From: Catajapyx aquilonaris
Lineage: Eukaryota
DNA length: 37,229 nucleotides
Assembly (NCBI GenBank): GCA_000934665.2
Contig: KZ538998.1
Location: forward strand, 1 to 37,229
Reading direction: 5' to 3'
Both the position numbers and the translations under genes were made by a program. This document shows, one piece after another, positions 33,530 through 37,229 of the stretch (its first letter is position 1; the number at the start of each line of letters is the position of its first letter). The notes under the pieces were generated by a model. The model searched no databases, was not told the DNA's origin, and was given only the letters and a program-made list of their open reading frames with translations.

Positions 33530-33554
33530 TATGTATTTATAATAGTATTCTACC

Positions 33555-33750
33555 TTCTTACAAGGTATGGCACGGACCTTTATTATAGTGTATACCATTA
33601 GTATACAACATCAGGACCTTATTGCGAAGCACCCGGGCCTATGGGCAGGGTGACTAGGAGGGGATGTGCAAAGTTCAAGTGCAATGTTGTTGCTTGGTCA
33701 TTTTGTGAACTCCCCCGGGTGGTTAGTCTCAAGGAATCCCACCCGAGATG
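33555..33750 (-). mobile_element. SINE family A, headless copy, tail type 2
   Basis: Matches 33860-34040 and 18510-18680. Confidence 0.82.
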
Positions 33751-33830
<80 letters not shown>

Positions 33831-34160
33831 CCGGGTAGTGCACGAACTCCTTACGAGTTATATGGCACGGACATTTATTACTCATATACATTAGTATACA
33901 TCAGGACCTGATAACGTAGCGCCCGGGCCCACCGGCAGGGTGACAGGAGGGGATGTGCAAGGTGCAGTGCAATGTCTTAACGTGGCCATTTTTAGTGAAC
34001 TCCCCCGGGTGGTTTAGTCTGTTGGAAATACCACCTGAGACGAAACCAGAGGTGACCCTGAACTCTGCACGAGATGAAGGGGGTGTCCCCGGGCTGGGAT
34101 CGAACCCGGGACCTTAACATCCGTGGGCACATACGTTACCGCAGTGCCACTGTGCCTCTC
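33751..34160 (-). mobile_element. SINE family A, full length, tail type 2, with (ATT)n tail at 33751-33830
   Basis: Head GAGAGGCACAGTGGCACTGCGGTAACGTATGTGCCCACGGATGTTAAGGTCCCGGGTTCGATCCC on the minus strand; core GGGGGAGTTCAC. Confidence 0.9.
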
Positions 34161-35506
34161 ATTAACAGTAGAGGTGTAAGTACCTAGGTAAATCCTGCAT
34201 TGATTAATTATTGTGAAGTTATATTATTGTTAAAAGCATGACAAAAAACTGTTCCACTGACTTTTGAATCAACCTAGGGATATATGCAAAATAGAGTAAC
34301 TTTCAAGCTTACCAAAACTGACATCAGTGTCTTGGTTTTCCGTAAGAACTTCTTTGGTGAAGCTGGAAATTTGACTCTTCAGAGTCGAAAACTTCTCACC
34401 CAACCACGACATAGTGACGTTCTTCTCACACACTCATCACTGAAAAGATTTTAAAAAGTAATGTAAATAGTAATCAATGTAACATGCTTACAATTATGTC
34501 AGAGTAATGTTTTTTTTAAACATATTTTGTTCCTGTGTATTCAGGAAAGCAACAGTTTCAGAAGAGTTAGAATCATGACTTTCTGAATCAAGAAATAACA
34601 ATGAAATTTGGCATATAAAAGCTTATTCCATGGTTTACGATGTACAGGAAGTACCCCTTTTATGCCACTCCATTGTACGCCGTTTCACATTAACGCCGGT
34701 TTTAAAAATAAATTTGAAATTTTTTGATCGAAAATTTTTTGGTTGGTTGGTTGGTAGGAAGGGTTACCCAGCTTGTATGGCTCTTTCTGAGTCGAGCCTT
34801 GGCAGCCGGGGGTAGGAGAGGAAGGTGTGGGATTGCAAGGTAGGGTGGGTTAGAAGGGTGGGGGAGAGGAGGGCTGGCCCCAGCTGTACTGCAATGCCGG
34901 GTCCAACCCAGGGACGGGGGTGGGGTGTTCTCCCAAGCACCCCGTCCGACCAAGAAATGCGAGTCAGGTCCGAGGACCGCTCGAGGAAGAGAGTATCGTC
35001 GCTGGCGAACCAGCCGGGACCTCATAATGATGCCATTAGTAGGCCTATATATGTGATCGAAAATGTTAACAATTTTGAAGATAACAACACAATCTGAACA
35101 TGAACACATCAGCAACACTTCTGAGTCCAAACACACAACCATAAAGGCTCTTCTGTTGTTTCTCCTGGTGCCTTGTGGCAGGTTCTATTGATATACTCGT
35201 ATACAGTACTGTATTGTTGGTCTCGGCACTCCCCTAAGTACTCTTAACTGTTGTTAAATACCCAACGTATACTGCAGTTCTTGCCAAAATAAGGAAAGGA
35301 GCCCTCAGAACCCAATGGCCCTCAACCTGGACCTTCCCATTAACAATATGAAGGCGGGGTTTTTGGTAGGTTTTTGGGCCTTTTTTCTTCTTTGCCCAAA
35401 ATTCGATGTAGGAATGATATTAATGAATAACAACTTCGCACCAAAATTAATTATTTTAATTCATAGTGGTCCTTTTGAATGTAAAATGCCGGAAGAAATT
35501 CATCTA

Positions 35507-35674
35507 CAGGGTGTCCCAGAAATATATTTTTAAAGAATCAATCTGGCTCTCACGACCTCGATAGGCCTAACAAGTTTACTCAATCACTACGCATTGTTAT
35601 TATGGTTACATAATATTACCACAACATTGTACTAAGAGAAACTCCCAAGGGTCCAGGCTTTACGGGACACCCTG
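35507..35674. mobile_element. Small CAGGGTG MITE
   Basis: TA|CAGGGTGTCCCAGAAA ... TTTACGGGACACCCTG|TA. Confidence 0.75.
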
Positions 35675-36840
35675 TACTGAGGGTGTATGTTAACATAAAC
35701 GATCGCACAGGAGCATCACGACCTTGGCATATACAACTCAACTTTGCGGAAGCCAGGGGTATTCTGGGAATGATATGGTAGTTGAGGCACCATCCAAGAG
35801 ATGGCAGGAGCATATTGAACGGCATTTGGAACCGCAAAGTTGGAATTCTCTATGCACATCCGAGCACCCCAATTTCAATAAAGGTCAGGACATCATATGA
35901 TGCACGTATGCCTCAAAGGGTTAATCAATGTTTCACGTGTTCGGCATTAAAAACAGCAATATTAGTACTGCCTATGGAAATTTTTTGGCAATTTTGGAAC
36001 ATATCTCATTACATTATAATTTTGTCCTGCTTTATGCCGATTCACTTTACGCAGCGTTTTGTTGGAACAATTAACAGCGTAAAATGGGTCTTTGGCCAAT
36101 AAGGACAAAACACGCATCTTTTCAGCATTTTACATGTTTTTCTCAAAAAAAAAAGTTTGAATTTCAAGTACATTAGATGAACTACAGTAAAACCTCGATA
36201 TAATGCTCCCGCATAATATTGAACCTACCAAAGCGATTTTTATTATTGTCCAGATATTACTTTCTTACATTAGGGCAGATTTGACACGACTCTGCCAATT
36301 CGGTTTTTCCATTTTTGTCCAAGCAATCCCACGTTTGGACACACTGTGCACTGGCTCTCCGTTATGCCCGTGCAGAGCTCTCATAGAATACCTCCAACAC
36401 TCACCAACACCACTGTTGGTCAAAGTCCTACAGACTTAAGATATTCCTGCAAGCATACACAAGGTAGTGGATAGCAGTGACAGCACATTCCTAACAGCTG
36501 ATCAGCAAGACTGTCCTGGACACTACACCAGACTACTTCTTTGTAAATAAAGGCAAGTAACTATGGGTGGAACACTATGAATGTGTTTGGAACAATGTTA
36601 CTCGTCTACAAGTCTCGAAATAAATTTACAAAAAGAGCGCTGTGAAACCTTGAAATTGGCATGCTATAGGCCAACTGTTACGCAATCGCTTAAATTTTCG
36701 CTTACACATACTCTGAAGAGAAAAACAAGATATTTTACAATTGATAACAGATACACTTACACATTCATGCTCTTCACTATGAATGCGTTTGGAACAATTT
36801 TCCTCGTCTAGACGTCCCAAAATTAATTTGCAAAATCATT

Positions 36841-37130
36841 GCTATAAAAACTCAAAATTCCAGTACTACCAGCCAACTGTAGGCTGATTTAATTATGAAA
36901 TACATTAAATTAAATTATATGGAATAACAACCTTGTGACTGCCAGACGAATTTACTGAAATCATCGTACTTCGTGAGAAGTTAATTAATTCTTATCTGCG
37001 GCTTGCTGGCACTTCACAAAACTCTTCTGATACGTTTATCAAGGTAGATGTTGAATATGTTTTAATGTATTTCATAATTAAATCAGCCTAACAGTTGGCC
37101 GGTAGTACTTGAATTACGAGTTTTTACAGC
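36841..37130. repeat. Inverted repeat (~70-bp arms); right arm abuts a mariner-like end
   Basis: GCTATAAAAACTC...AGGCTGATTTAATTATGAAATACATTAAA pairs with 37061-37130; followed by TA|CGAGGTAGGCGCCAAAAGTTTCCG at 37134. Confidence 0.8.
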
Positions 37131-37229
37131 TATACGAGGTAGGCGCCAAAAGTTTCCGTCCTGGCTATGTTCTAGGGGTGATAGAAATAAAACAACTATA
37201 GTGTAAGGTAGTCCCAACTATGAGTGGAG

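Noticed and set aside
1907..33911. ORFs with poly-Ile/Asn/Tyr/Leu/Ser tracts (e.g. 1907, 4354, 19069, 22999, 27680, 30797, 33619)
   Set aside because: They are translations of trinucleotide microsatellites, not proteins.
14084..34160. tRNA genes (A/B boxes at about 14095, 18740, 21055, 28010, 28760, 29870, 34100)
   Set aside because: No complete cloverleaf; most continue into a repeated SINE body with a tail, several with TSDs.
34702..35142. 146-aa and 90-aa GC-rich ORFs
   Set aside because: Low-complexity G/C-rich sequence with no recognisable domain or clear splice signals.
36184..36205. pogo-like TIR TACAGTAAAACCTCGATATAA
   Set aside because: No partner TIR found in the window, so no element can be delimited.

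Overview
Eukaryotic, AT-rich, repeat-dense genomic DNA, most likely from an invertebrate animal (inferred from the TE types; the taxon cannot be determined). There is a 177-nt N gap at 5547-5723 and no intact protein-coding gene, rRNA, true tRNA or CRISPR array. From about 10.5 kb onward the window is a mosaic of nested mobile elements: a decayed 5'-truncated LINE (RTE/RTEX-like ORF2, 16.5-19.0 kb, minus strand), two further LINE 3' ends, and three tRNA-derived SINE families (tRNA-Arg-like head, tRNA-Gly-like head, V-domain SINE). It also holds hAT, pogo/Tigger-, Harbinger- and Kolobok-like non-autonomous elements and at least 12 long inverted-repeat (foldback) elements, several built from duplicated ends of Tc1/mariner transposons. 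Many insertions keep readable target-site duplications (TSDs), so insertion order can be reconstructed. The 5.7-10.4 kb segment is TE-poor and carries a tight cluster of STAT-type (TTCN3GAA) and ETS motifs plus candidate minus-strand non-coding exons, possibly a host promoter or enhancer. Most notable: (i) a 3' terminal motif/stem-loop shared by a LINE and two unrelated SINE families, (ii) one SINE head+core with swappable tails, (iii) transposase-derived hairpins, (iv) a hAT element studded with TATCGATA (DRE) sites, (v) the STAT-site cluster. All family assignments are by eye; no database search was run.
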